Virus record (IMG/VR): IMGVR_UViG_3300044940_000188
Span: 1 to 59,492 of that record
Length of the DNA stretch: 59,492 nt
Origin: a virus
Reading direction: 5' to 3' (one strand)
The notes beneath the pieces are model-generated. The model did not search any database, was not told the DNA's origin, and saw only the letters and a list, made by a program, of their open reading frames with translations. Shown here in pieces: positions 36,925-44,593 of this stretch (position 1 is its first letter; each line of letters begins with the position of its first letter). The translations under genes were made by a program, and so were the position numbers.

Positions 36925-38858
36925 CCGTAATCCTCGACAGCGTAGTAGCCGTTAAGAGCTGACACGACTGCAGTAGTGGTAGTCGTACCCGTATTAGCCC
37001 ACACAACCGGACCAAGTCCAACATTTGCGGCCGGCAAGTCGGACGTTACGTTGGATAGAGTGTAGACCATCCCAGTCTCTAGGTTCACAAGCTCGAGATC
37101 GGCGCGACCGCCACCTGGCGGAACGTACACCCGTAGTTCCAGCAAGGCATCTGCAAAACTGGTTTTAGCCACGCCGATGCTGGTCTTGGTCACAGTACCA
37201 AAGCCGTCATTTCGCATCCACTGAAGGTTGGTGTCGCTTTGATCTGCACCGATGCCAAGGCAATTGAGAAAAGCTGACGGCTCACCGGCTGTATTCATGG
37301 CCGTATACATGCCCATAAATAGGCGCTGGTCCGAACGCACGCTAGGCCAACCGCCACGAATCATGGCAAAGAACCCGCCAGCGGCCGAGCTGCCGCTACA
37401 GCTAACGTAAACCACATTCTGCACGGCATAGCTATTCAAACCAACGGACCCGATGGCGTTCGCCGTCGCATCGGACGTACCAGTGCGACGCATAACCTGC
37501 CCAAGCAGTGTCGTGGCGGAAGGAGAGCGGTTGGAAGTCGCTTGCGTACCAGTACCGGAAATACCGCCGAGACCCTGCAGGTCCATCGTCGTACCGCTGT
37601 ACACCCGAAGCCATCGCTCACGCTTGCCAAGCTGCCCGTTGAACATGGCAAACGGACGCCCATTGGCAGCCCGGAACGACGGCAATGACAAAGCCCCGTA
37701 ATCGTGACCGTACGCACGAGCCGATCCAACGGCGGGGGCAGAAGGCATGGGGGTGGAATCAAAACGGGCATGAGCAGTAAAGCGTGGATTACCACCATCA
37801 TTGACCAACCCGGACAGACCAGCAAAAGTCCCCGCATTGTTGTACTGGACTTGGGTATCCAGGCCACCAGGAAAACCATTGACCCCCGAAACAGAAAGGG
37901 TAGTACCGGACATGCTGAGACCGGAACCAAGGTTAATGGGCGAGACATTCCCAGTGGAACCGCGCCCAAGCAATTGGCTGGGTCCTATCGGTATGTCGTT
38001 GAGAGGTCCAGATGTAGCCGCCGCTCGACCGAGTACCGAGTTGGCTACTGCAGGGTAAAATCTGTCATACGCAAGAACGTTAGGCTTGACAATCCACACA
38101 CCAAGCTCGATAGCAATGTGGCCCTTGTCCCCCTCAGTTATGAAGTCTGCAAACGTCGCATGTGCCCCATCAATAGAAAAGCCAGATACATCAGCATAAC
38201 CGGCGTTACCAAACACCGGAGGCGAAGAAGGACCAGTCGAACGTAACACCTGCCCGACAGCACCAAGCGGCACTTCAACAATTTGCCCAGACCCGTTGCT
38301 GTAGAACACCTTCCAATTACCAGCAGTGTGGTCATTGGTAGAGGTAATAGCGTGCGAACGTTGGTGGAACCCGCTCGAAATCGATGAATCAATCGTCCAA
38401 ACAGTCCCGCCGCCGCTGACCACTATGTCGCCGTAGTCACCATCTGGCACTCCACCAGTCACCGCCGCAAACGACGGTGCAGCGGACGGCCCGTTCGACT
38501 TCAAGACCGTGCCGGACGCACCGAGAGCAAGCTCAGTAACCTGCCCAGCCCCGTTGCTGTAGAACACCTTCCAATTACCAGCAGTGTGGTCATCAGTGCT
38601 GGTCATCGTGTGCTGGCGATCGTGAGAGTTAGCAGACTCCTGTACGATCAGCTCCATCTGGTCGCCGTTGATCTTGATGAGCCCAAGGTCTTCCAGCTCC
38701 TCAAGACGGACAAACGACGGGCGCGGGTCGCGGACGCGCCGCTCGTAAATGTTGAGCGACGAGATTATGAGCTGCAACGCAAGCGTATGCGACCGAATGG
38801 CGTCCGTAACAGTCGGCCGCGATGGGTATGCCCGGGAGGTTTTGATCTTTACCGCCAT
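36921..38858 (-). CDS. Fibre-like or receptor-binding-type protein with an internal 86-aa duplication
   Basis: The repeat H..TS..DHTAGNWKVFYSNG.GQ..E..LG..G.VL.S.GPS..P.F occurs twice. A 44-nt stretch is identical at 38292-38335 and 38550-38593. Confidence 0.7.
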   Translation of the reverse strand: MAVKIKTSRAYPSRPTVTDAIRSHTLALQLIISSLNIYERRVRDPRPSFVRLEELEDLGLIKINGDQMELIVQESANSHDRQHTMTSTDDHTAGNWKVFYSNGAGQVTELALGASGTVLKSNGPSAAPSFAAVTGGVPDGDYGDIVVSGGGTVWTIDSSISSGFHQRSHAITSTNDHTAGNWKVFYSNGSGQIVEVPLGAVGQVLRSTGPSSPPVFGNAGYADVSGFSIDGAHATFADFITEGDKGHIAIELGVWIVKPNVLAYDRFYPAVANSVLGRAAATSGPLNDIPIGPSQLLGRGSTGNVSPINLGSGLSMSGTTLSVSGVNGFPGGLDTQVQYNNAGTFAGLSGLVNDGGNPRFTAHARFDSTPMPSAPAVGSARAYGHDYGALSLPSFRAANGRPFAMFNGQLGKRERWLRVYSGTTMDLQGLGGISGTGTQATSNRSPSATTLLGQVMRRTGTSDATANAIGSVGLNSYAVQNVVYVSCSGSSAAGGFFAMIRGGWPSVRSDQRLFMGMYTAMNTAGEPSAFLNCLGIGADQSDTNLQWMRNDGFGTVTKTSIGVAKTSFADALLELRVYVPPGGGRADLELVNLETGMVYTLSNVTSDLPAANVGLGPVVWANTGTTTTTAVVSALNGYYAVEDYG

Positions 38859-38870
38859 GCGCCAAGTCTA

Positions 38871-39575
38871 TCAGAAGTAATGGTCCAACACCCACGGATG
38901 ACTTTGGCGGACATCCTCATCCCACGGCTTGCGAAGCCCGTGGAACGAAACAAGCCGAGCACCCTTTGGGAGCCGACCAAGATTACGGAAAGTCCTGAAC
39001 GCGTGCACCCCGTCCTTGTCGGTCCACGTCGCTTCGTTCGGACCGAGGATGTAGTTCAACCACGCTTGGTCAGACCCAGCAAAGCCGGCCTCTCTGGCAG
39101 CGAGGGGAGACTTCACGGGGTCGAACTCCGTCCACACCTGCGGTCGGGCATCATAATTCATCATCCACATCGTACCGTTGTAGACCGTGTTCTTGAACGG
39201 CCACGCCCAGATGATGAAATCTTCCTCCCGGTCGAAAAGCGGCGTCAGGTCACCAGTGATGACTACATCGAGGTCAATGCTCACGAACCTTTTTGCGATC
39301 GTCGCCGCGACCGCTGGATCAAAAATGCGTAAACGACGATAGCAGGAAGGCTGAAGAGGACCATTAAGAGACTTAAGGTCAGCATGGTCGCTCCAAATAG
39401 GCACAGTGCGAACGCCCGGAAGAAAACCCCCCTGGCGGTCCGTAATGCAGACAAAATCGAACGGCTTCGCATAGTGCCGAGCAACCATCCTAAACAGCGT
39501 GTTAACGTGTGTCTGGTCGAACTGCGAGCGATAGCGCGTCAGTGGCGTCCAGAGCCAGCATACTACGGTAATCAC
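38871..39575 (-). CDS. GT-A type (DxD) nucleotide-sugar glycosyltransferase, paralog of 41257-41985
   Basis: Motifs SCYRRLRIF, IDLDVVITGDL and GSDQAWLNY. GTG 39575 has AGGAGA upstream and overlaps the upstream stop (GTGA). Confidence 0.7.
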   Translation of the reverse strand: MITVVCWLWTPLTRYRSQFDQTHVNTLFRMVARHYAKPFDFVCITDRQGGFLPGVRTVPIWSDHADLKSLNGPLQPSCYRRLRIFDPAVAATIAKRFVSIDLDVVITGDLTPLFDREEDFIIWAWPFKNTVYNGTMWMMNYDARPQVWTEFDPVKSPLAAREAGFAGSDQAWLNYILGPNEATWTDKDGVHAFRTFRNLGRLPKGARLVSFHGLRKPWDEDVRQSHPWVLDHYF

Positions 39576-39751
39576 GCTGATCTCCTCAACACGTGCCGCA
39601 CAATCTCAGCAACATCCTTGCGATCGTACTTCACAAGTACCTGCAACGCCCCGCGCAAGTATGACTTTGCCCGGGCGTCACCCATCGCAGCCGCCCGGCA
39701 CTTGGCCTTAAGAACATCTCCGTCAGGAAGGCTGGCAAACGGGTCCTTCAT
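39572..39751 (-). CDS. 59-aa ORF inside the glycosyltransferase operon (below the ORF-track cutoff)
   Basis: ATG 39751 overlaps the upstream stop (ATGA) and its own stop overlaps the next start (GTGA). Translation: MKDPFASLPDGDVLKAKCRAAAMGDARAKSYLRGALQVLVKYDRKDVAEIVRHVLRRSA. Confidence 0.45.
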   Translation of the reverse strand: MKDPFASLPDGDVLKAKCRAAAMGDARAKSYLRGALQVLVKYDRKDVAEIVRHVLRRSA

Positions 39752-40515
39752 ATCCGCAATTTCCCGTCAAAGTACAGAACGTCGTAGTGCTTGCTGAGAA
39801 AATCACGCATCTCCTCCGCCGTGACGTCCTTCGGACGCCGCAGGACAACCCTAACCGCCGGACCATTGTCCATGGAAGCTAGCTTGAGCAGGAACCCGCC
39901 GGCAGAACCAAGATCAACAGCATGAACACCATCGGCCGCCAGACGCGCCGCTATGCACGTCGCAGCGGGACCACAGGACAACACGACGAGATTGGCACCC
40001 TGCACTTGCCTAACGAGCTTGTCAGCAACCTTGTAGGACTGATGCGACGGACAAACGACGTGGGTCACAGAAGCCGCAGTCATACTGATCACAGCGAGCA
40101 GGGAGTTGCCTTTTTCACACACGACGTGCACATCTTTACCATCCCACAGCTGCTGTACAAGGACCAAATACTCCTTGCACAAGATCCACGGCGAGCTGTC
40201 GGGCCGGCTCACGAATGCCGACCCATAAACCCGGCCCATGTCTACGTACTCCGCGAACGACGTCATGTGCCGCACCCACCCGTCCAGCTTTGGTCCGTCC
40301 TTGTGCATGGTCGGGATAGCTGGCAGAAGATTGGGCGGCGGGTGTTTCAGGATGTGCCGCAGCTCGGCTGCAAGCTCCTCGTTGGCCGGCTCACGCACCT
40401 GCGAGCTACCGCGCATGAGCTTGAGTTCACCATCGCCGTAGCGAGACAGCGACATACCACCCACCACCCTCTTCATGGTCTCGAACTCGTCGAGAACCTT
40501 TGGCCATGTCCTCAC
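39748..40515 (-). CDS. GT-D (DUF1792-like) glycosyltransferase
   Basis: Motifs SLSRYGDGELKL and LSCGPAATCIAARLAADGVHAVDLGSAG. GTG 40515 overlaps the GT2 stop (GTGA) and has GGGAGAGG upstream. Confidence 0.65.
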   Translation of the reverse strand: MRTWPKVLDEFETMKRVVGGMSLSRYGDGELKLMRGSSQVREPANEELAAELRHILKHPPPNLLPAIPTMHKDGPKLDGWVRHMTSFAEYVDMGRVYGSAFVSRPDSSPWILCKEYLVLVQQLWDGKDVHVVCEKGNSLLAVISMTAASVTHVVCPSHQSYKVADKLVRQVQGANLVVLSCGPAATCIAARLAADGVHAVDLGSAGGFLLKLASMDNGPAVRVVLRRPKDVTAEEMRDFLSKHYDVLYFDGKLRI

Positions 40516-41264
40516 AGCGGCACCCTCTCCCACGTGAAATTCAACGGTATCGCCTTCGGCAGCTTTTCTCGGTTTTTCCGTCGCCGAATCTCACTGTACC
40601 GACTCGTGTCCCGACTGAGCACGGTCTCAGACGCGTCAGGCACGGAGTGAGTAGTATGCACATGCAACGGCATGGAGGCGGGCAGAAGCCGCGGCTCAAC
40701 GATGGCCGTCAGGTCCCGAAGGAATGGCGTCCCGCCACCCAGCGACCCGGAGTAGTCCTCGTCGTAGCCACCAGCCCGCCAGTACAGCTCTCTGGTGATG
40801 AGGTATGAGTCCACGTGCGGGTGAATCTCCACGAACGTCGCAGCCGGGTCCGCAGCGTCCTTCTTGCGCGTGAAATCAGCCGCCCCAACCCGCCACCGGC
40901 AGAACCGGTACCACCGCTCCGAGTCAAGCTCAATGTTGATGGCAGCAGCCATGGTCTCGGGCGGCACCGTGTGGTCGACATCGACGTGCAAAAGCCACGG
41001 CGTCTTGGCTACGTAGGCCCCAAGGTTACGCGCCCCACCCCGGTTCCACGGAATGTCCTCCTTGATGCGGTACAGCTCCACCGGCAGGGCGCGGACCATG
41101 CACCGCAAGGCCTCCTCTGCCGTCATATCAGGGCTGCCGTCGTCAACCACGATGATGTGAAGCCGCTTGAGCACCGCCGGGTCGTACTGCTCCCACACGT
41201 CGACATGCTTCCTGAGCATCCAGAAGTTCCGGTAGTACGGGATGATGAGGGAGATGTCATTCAC
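40512..41264 (-). CDS. Family-2 glycosyltransferase
   Basis: Motifs SLIIPYYRN, HIIVVDDGSPD, HVDVDH and AGGYDEDY. Confidence 0.8.
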   Translation of the reverse strand: MNDISLIIPYYRNFWMLRKHVDVWEQYDPAVLKRLHIIVVDDGSPDMTAEEALRCMVRALPVELYRIKEDIPWNRGGARNLGAYVAKTPWLLHVDVDHTVPPETMAAAINIELDSERWYRFCRWRVGAADFTRKKDAADPAATFVEIHPHVDSYLITRELYWRAGGYDEDYSGSLGGGTPFLRDLTAIVEPRLLPASMPLHVHTTHSVPDASETVLSRDTSRYSEIRRRKNREKLPKAIPLNFTWERVPL

Positions 41265-41985
41265 GCCAGTAGTCCTTGATCCATGGGTACCGTTTCTGTG
41301 CCTGCCGGCACCACGGCTTGAGTGCCCCCGGGGTACTAACCACAGTAGTCCCCGGCGCTGGACCGTCAGGCGACAACCACTTGAGGTACGCCAGCCCGTC
41401 GGCCGCAGTGAACCCCGCCGTGGGTGGATACAACCGGTAAGACAACCACCCTTGGTCCGACCCGAAGCACCGTGCCTTCCGCGCCTCTGCCGGCGACTTC
41501 TCCGGGTCGAACTCGTCCCAGATGTAAGTCATTGTACCCGGCTTGTGAAAGTACAGCCCACCAGCCACCTTCCGCCAGACGAACCGCCGGTCCACCCACC
41601 CGACGAAGTTCTCGGCACGGGTGAGCAGATGGTCAATGTTGCCAGTGATGATGACGTCGACGTCGATGGCAAGGATGCGCGGTCCGAGCACATTGGCAGC
41701 CTCGGCAGAGAAGTTCCACAACCGACGGTAGCAGGAGGGGAACAGCTCCCCGTGAGGGCTGCGGGCATGACTGACATTTGTCGGGTCCATGACCACGCGT
41801 ATTTCGGGCCGCAGGCCCGTGGGGTCGTCGGTTACGCAGACCAGCTCCCACGGCAAAGTAATGTGCCGGGCCAGCATCGCATAGAGGATGTTGTAGTAGT
41901 CCGGCAGGAATGAGGTACCGCGCTCGTGTTTTGGATCGGTCCACTTCCAGACGACTATGCTGGTAATCTGCCCTGACTCGTGCAC
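41257..41985 (-). CDS. GT-A type (DxD) glycosyltransferase, paralog of 38871-39575
   Basis: SCYRRLWNF, IDVDVIITGNI, GSDQGWLSY and the C-terminal KPW...YPWIKDYW align with the paralog. The start is set to GTG 41985 because the alignment begins at ITSIVVW; the track start 42201 would overlap the methyltransferase by 247 nt. Confidence 0.65.
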   Translation of the reverse strand: MHESGQITSIVVWKWTDPKHERGTSFLPDYYNILYAMLARHITLPWELVCVTDDPTGLRPEIRVVMDPTNVSHARSPHGELFPSCYRRLWNFSAEAANVLGPRILAIDVDVIITGNIDHLLTRAENFVGWVDRRFVWRKVAGGLYFHKPGTMTYIWDEFDPEKSPAEARKARCFGSDQGWLSYRLYPPTAGFTAADGLAYLKWLSPDGPAPGTTVVSTPGALKPWCRQAQKRYPWIKDYWRE

Positions 41986-42596
41986 AGCTGGAGCCAGTGC
42001 AAGATCCTCTCCCGATGAGTCGCGCCAACCATCGCGGTACGACTTGTGAGCACGCGTGGGGGCGGGTACGGCGCCAACCGACGAAGAACCTCCTCCTGCC
42101 GATGTCGCAGCTCCCGAATCTTCCGCACGTCGAAGTCCACCATCACGTAGGTGACTTTTTCGAATTCGCCGCTGTCTAATAGGTCGTCGAGGATGTCGCA
42201 TTCCGCACCTTCGCAGTTCAGTTTCAGGAACACGGTGGCAGGAGAGACGAGATTCTCACGAAACCAAGTTGAAGCCTTGACGAAATTGCACAACACTGGC
42301 TCGTAACCACGGTCAGTCCAATTGGTCTTTTTCCACAGGCTAGCACCCTTGCTACCTGCGTCAATAAGCTCTGCCTGCGTGTCCCGATCCCACAGCCCGA
42401 AACGGTGAACGACTGTCGTGCGGGTATCAGCAATCTCCTGCAAGTGTGCCCAACAGAACGGCGCCGGCTCGAAACAGTGAATCTCGTCAAACCCCCACTC
42501 TTGGGCAACGGCGAGTGACTGCCCGATGTTGGCACCGACATCAAGGAACACTTGCGGAAGGTGCAAGTATTCAGTATGCTCCGCTCCGTTGGTCAT
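41955..42596 (-). CDS. FkbM-family SAM-dependent methyltransferase
   Basis: Motifs VFLDVGANIGQS and HCFEPAP. Confidence 0.8.
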   Translation of the reverse strand: MTNGAEHTEYLHLPQVFLDVGANIGQSLAVAQEWGFDEIHCFEPAPFCWAHLQEIADTRTTVVHRFGLWDRDTQAELIDAGSKGASLWKKTNWTDRGYEPVLCNFVKASTWFRENLVSPATVFLKLNCEGAECDILDDLLDSGEFEKVTYVMVDFDVRKIRELRHRQEEVLRRLAPYPPPRVLTSRTAMVGATHRERILHWLQLCTSQGRLPA

Positions 42597-42608
42597 GTGC
42601 TTCCTCTT

Positions 42609-42634
42609 AGGCCCCCGAAAAGGGGGCCTTTTTT
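42609..42634 (+). terminator. Canonical hairpin plus T6 oriented for the PLUS strand, inside the minus-strand operon
   Basis: AGGCCCCC gaaaa GGGGGCCT followed by TTTTTT on the plus strand. On the minus strand the hairpin is preceded by an A-run and followed by TAAGAGGAAGC with no U-tract. Confidence 0.5.
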
Positions 42635-42926
42635 ATTCCGGAGGGATGATCCGCGGGTGTGGCACGAGAGGCTCCGGCTCAGCCTCCAGAGGCTCAACCG
42701 TATCGACCGGACCCATGTCGACGAGCTTCAGTATTACAGGCGAGCAGCCGTAGACCGGCTTCTGCTCGGCCGCACGACTAAGCACAGCCCGCTGGGCATC
42801 GACACGCCGCCGGGCCGCTACCGCGATGACCACCGGTACGTGCACGACTGCGTGATAAATGTGCACGGGCGGGAGAGAGTGGGTAGGAGAAACGGCATCG
42901 TCGTCTGAATCGTCGTCAGTACTCAC
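42633..42926 (-). CDS. Hypothetical 97-aa protein with an acidic N-terminus and one hydrophobic segment
   Basis: GTG overlaps the upstream stop (GTGA). The alternative plus ORF 42552-42908 is Arg-rich and looks spurious. Confidence 0.45.
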   Translation of the reverse strand: MSTDDDSDDDAVSPTHSLPPVHIYHAVVHVPVVIAVAARRRVDAQRAVLSRAAEQKPVYGCSPVILKLVDMGPVDTVEPLEAEPEPLVPHPRIIPPE

Positions 42927-43180
42927 TGGTCACCCCCGGTGATGTTGACCTTCATAGGACGAGACTTGAGGAGCCGCTCGCGCAATTCGTTGAGGTCACC
43001 GTAGGTGTAGACCAGCAACAGCTTAAAGCCCATGAACGCGATGGTCAGATTGAAGTTGTTGAGGACGTGCTCATGCTCGATGGTGAGTTCGACGAAGGTG
43101 AAGTCGACCCAGTTGTAACGGGACGGGAAGAACAGCGCCATCCACTGAATCTCGAGCGATGCCATGAACCGTACTGGCAT
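42923..43180 (-). CDS. Hypothetical 85-aa protein
   Basis: ATG 43180 is the first start after the RHH stop, with GGAGG 14 nt upstream. The track start 43291 overlaps the RHH gene by 86 nt. Confidence 0.5.
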   Translation of the reverse strand: MPVRFMASLEIQWMALFFPSRYNWVDFTFVELTIEHEHVLNNFNLTIAFMGFKLLLVYTYGDLNELRERLLKSRPMKVNITGGDQ

Positions 43181-43205
43181 GTAGGCAACGTCTACCTCCG
43201 TAGGC

Positions 43206-43400
43206 TCAAGATCGGGATTTGGCACGGGCGGCTTCCTTCTTGGCAGCGGAAAGAACACGCTCGATGTACTGGCGCACGGCCGCGCGGACATGTTCGCTGA
43301 CAGTCAGGCCAGTCTTGTCTGACAGCCGATGAAGCTCGGCAATGTCATCGTCGGGGACAATCACATGGATGCGGGTTCCGTTCAGGGACGGGCGTGGCAT
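43206..43400 (-). CDS. Ribbon-helix-helix (Arc/CopG-like) DNA-binding protein, first gene of the minus block
   Basis: TRIHVIVPDDDIAELHRLSDKTGLTVSEHVRAAVRQYIERV shows a beta-alpha-alpha pattern. AAGGAGG lies 7 nt upstream of the ATG. Confidence 0.7.
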   Translation of the reverse strand: MPRPSLNGTRIHVIVPDDDIAELHRLSDKTGLTVSEHVRAAVRQYIERVLSAAKKEAARAKSRS

Positions 43401-43517
43401 AGGTGTACCTCCTTGGTTGGCATAGTGTGGGCCTATTGGGGTGTGGTGTCAAGGGGTGAGTTTCGTGGGTCTGTTTGGATTTGGGGCTGACATATTTGCG
43501 AAGGCCATAAGCAGGAT

Positions 43518-43562
43518 CCCCACCCCCCACCCCCCTTGGCCCGGTACCCCCTACCCCCGCCC
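43518..43562 (-). other. Run of seven G-tracts on the minus strand (C-tracts on plus) in the divergent control region; G-quadruplex or i-motif potential
   Basis: Plus strand reads CCCC A CCCCCC A CCCCCC TTGG CCC GGTA CCCCC TA CCCCC G CCC. Confidence 0.5.
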
Positions 43563-43654
43563 ACTGACGCCCGACAGCCCGAGGCGTTCCTAAGTCACGG
43601 TATATGAAGGGCGCGCATGGTGCATGCCCGCAATCGCTGCACACGCGCAGCGAC

Positions 43655-43669
43655 TTACAAACCTTGTAA
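43655..43669. promoter_or_regulatory. Palindrome S1: TTACAAACCTTGTAA
   Basis: Exact inverted repeat. Ends 2 nt before the GGAG SD of gene 43683. Confidence 0.9.
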
Positions 43670-43682
43670 CTGGAGTACTGAC

Positions 43683-44225
43683 ATGACTAAGCAGACCAAC
43701 ACGATCACGAATCCTGCCGAACTGTCGCGTATCGCGAAAACGTTCGCGCGAGCCTACACGCTCAACGTGTCGGCGGCCGACATCCTGACGGAGTCGGCAA
43801 GCATGTTCGCGGCGCGTCTGAAGCGCGAGGAACGTGCCAGCACGAAGGAAGAAATCAACTTCATGGTCGCCGAAATCGTCGCACTCTGCGGCTTGCAGAA
43901 GCTACCGTCGCGGGCGGTGCGCGAGTCGGAAATCCGCAGCGTGTTCCGGAACGCGGCGGCTTTCACGGCCGTGATGCAGAAGATCGGCAACACGCGCATC
44001 GGCTACGCGCCGGCGATCCAGCTGGCGCGGAAGTGCGATAGCCTGCCGGTCGCCGACGTCGTGGCATGGTACAAGTCCGGTAAGCCGATCGCAGGAACCG
44101 CGACGCCGAAGGCGAAGCGCGCACGCGCCGTGAAGACGTTGACGCACCTGTGCGACGAAAAGTCGTTGCCGCGCGACTTCCGCGACGCGCTGGCGCGGCT
44201 CATGGCGAAGTACTCGCTGGCCTGA
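43683..44225 (+). CDS. First early gene, 180-aa hypothetical protein
   Basis: ATG 43683 has GGAG 7 nt upstream; the track start 43617 is rejected. Bracketed by palindromes S1 and S2. Confidence 0.65.
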   Translation: MTKQTNTITNPAELSRIAKTFARAYTLNVSAADILTESASMFAARLKREERASTKEEINFMVAEIVALCGLQKLPSRAVRESEIRSVFRNAAAFTAVMQKIGNTRIGYAPAIQLARKCDSLPVADVVAWYKSGKPIAGTATPKAKRARAVKTLTHLCDEKSLPRDFRDALARLMAKYSLA

Positions 44226-44226
44226 G

Positions 44227-44241
44227 TTACAAGGCTTGTAA
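44227..44241. promoter_or_regulatory. Palindrome S2: TTACAAGGCTTGTAA (17 bp including the G...C flanks)
   Basis: Exact inverted repeat starting 1 nt after the stop codon. Confidence 0.9.
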
Positions 44242-44256
44242 CTCACGTCCCTTCAC

Positions 44257-44285
44257 CCCCACGGCTTCACGGCCGTGGGGTTTTT
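44257..44285 (+). terminator. Intrinsic terminator
   Basis: Stem CCCCACGGC / GCCGTGGGG followed by TTTTT. Confidence 0.8.
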
Positions 44286-44310
44286 CGCTTCATGCTCTGG
44301 GAAAATCACG

Positions 44311-44547
44311 ATGACCCCGCACATTGACGGTCATGACTTGACGCCCACGGAACTGATGAACCTTGCGCTTTCATGGCTGGAAGTTTTCAACGAAACCTGC
44401 GACGAGCATGCGTGGCGCGTGGCCGCCAGCATCTACAACGATCTCGCCGAACGGCGACAGGAAGCCATTCGGCTGAACCTCGAAAGCTCCACCTACATCG
44501 GGATGGTAGCTGATGACTTGAGCCGCGAACTGATGTCGTGGACCTGA
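44311..44547 (+). CDS. Hypothetical 78-aa protein
   Basis: ATG 44311 lies downstream of the terminator. The SD is weak. Confidence 0.55.
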   Translation: MTPHIDGHDLTPTELMNLALSWLEVFNETCDEHAWRVAASIYNDLAERRQEAIRLNLESSTYIGMVADDLSRELMSWT

Positions 44548-44564
44548 GCCTACCTGACACACGT

Positions 44565-44579
44565 TTACAAGCCTTGTAA
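44565..44579. promoter_or_regulatory. Palindrome S3: TTACAAGCCTTGTAA, with flanks extending to an imperfect 29-bp palindrome
   Basis: Sequence cacacgtTTACAAGCCTTGTAAacatgtg. Confidence 0.9.
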
Positions 44580-44593
44580 ACATGTGCCTGCAA

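Noticed and set aside
42923-43400. RHH gene plus the downstream 85-aa ORF as a toxin-antitoxin pair
   Set aside because: The 85-aa product shows none of the RelE/ParE/CcdB-type features I can recognise, and the pair heads a long structural operon. The RHH protein is more simply a transcriptional regulator.
43447-43452. Perfect TTGACA (minus strand) as the -35 element of the late promoter
   Set aside because: The hexamers at 17-19 nt spacing (CACACT, ACACTA, CACTAT) are poor -10 elements. I kept it only as a remark in the control-region finding.
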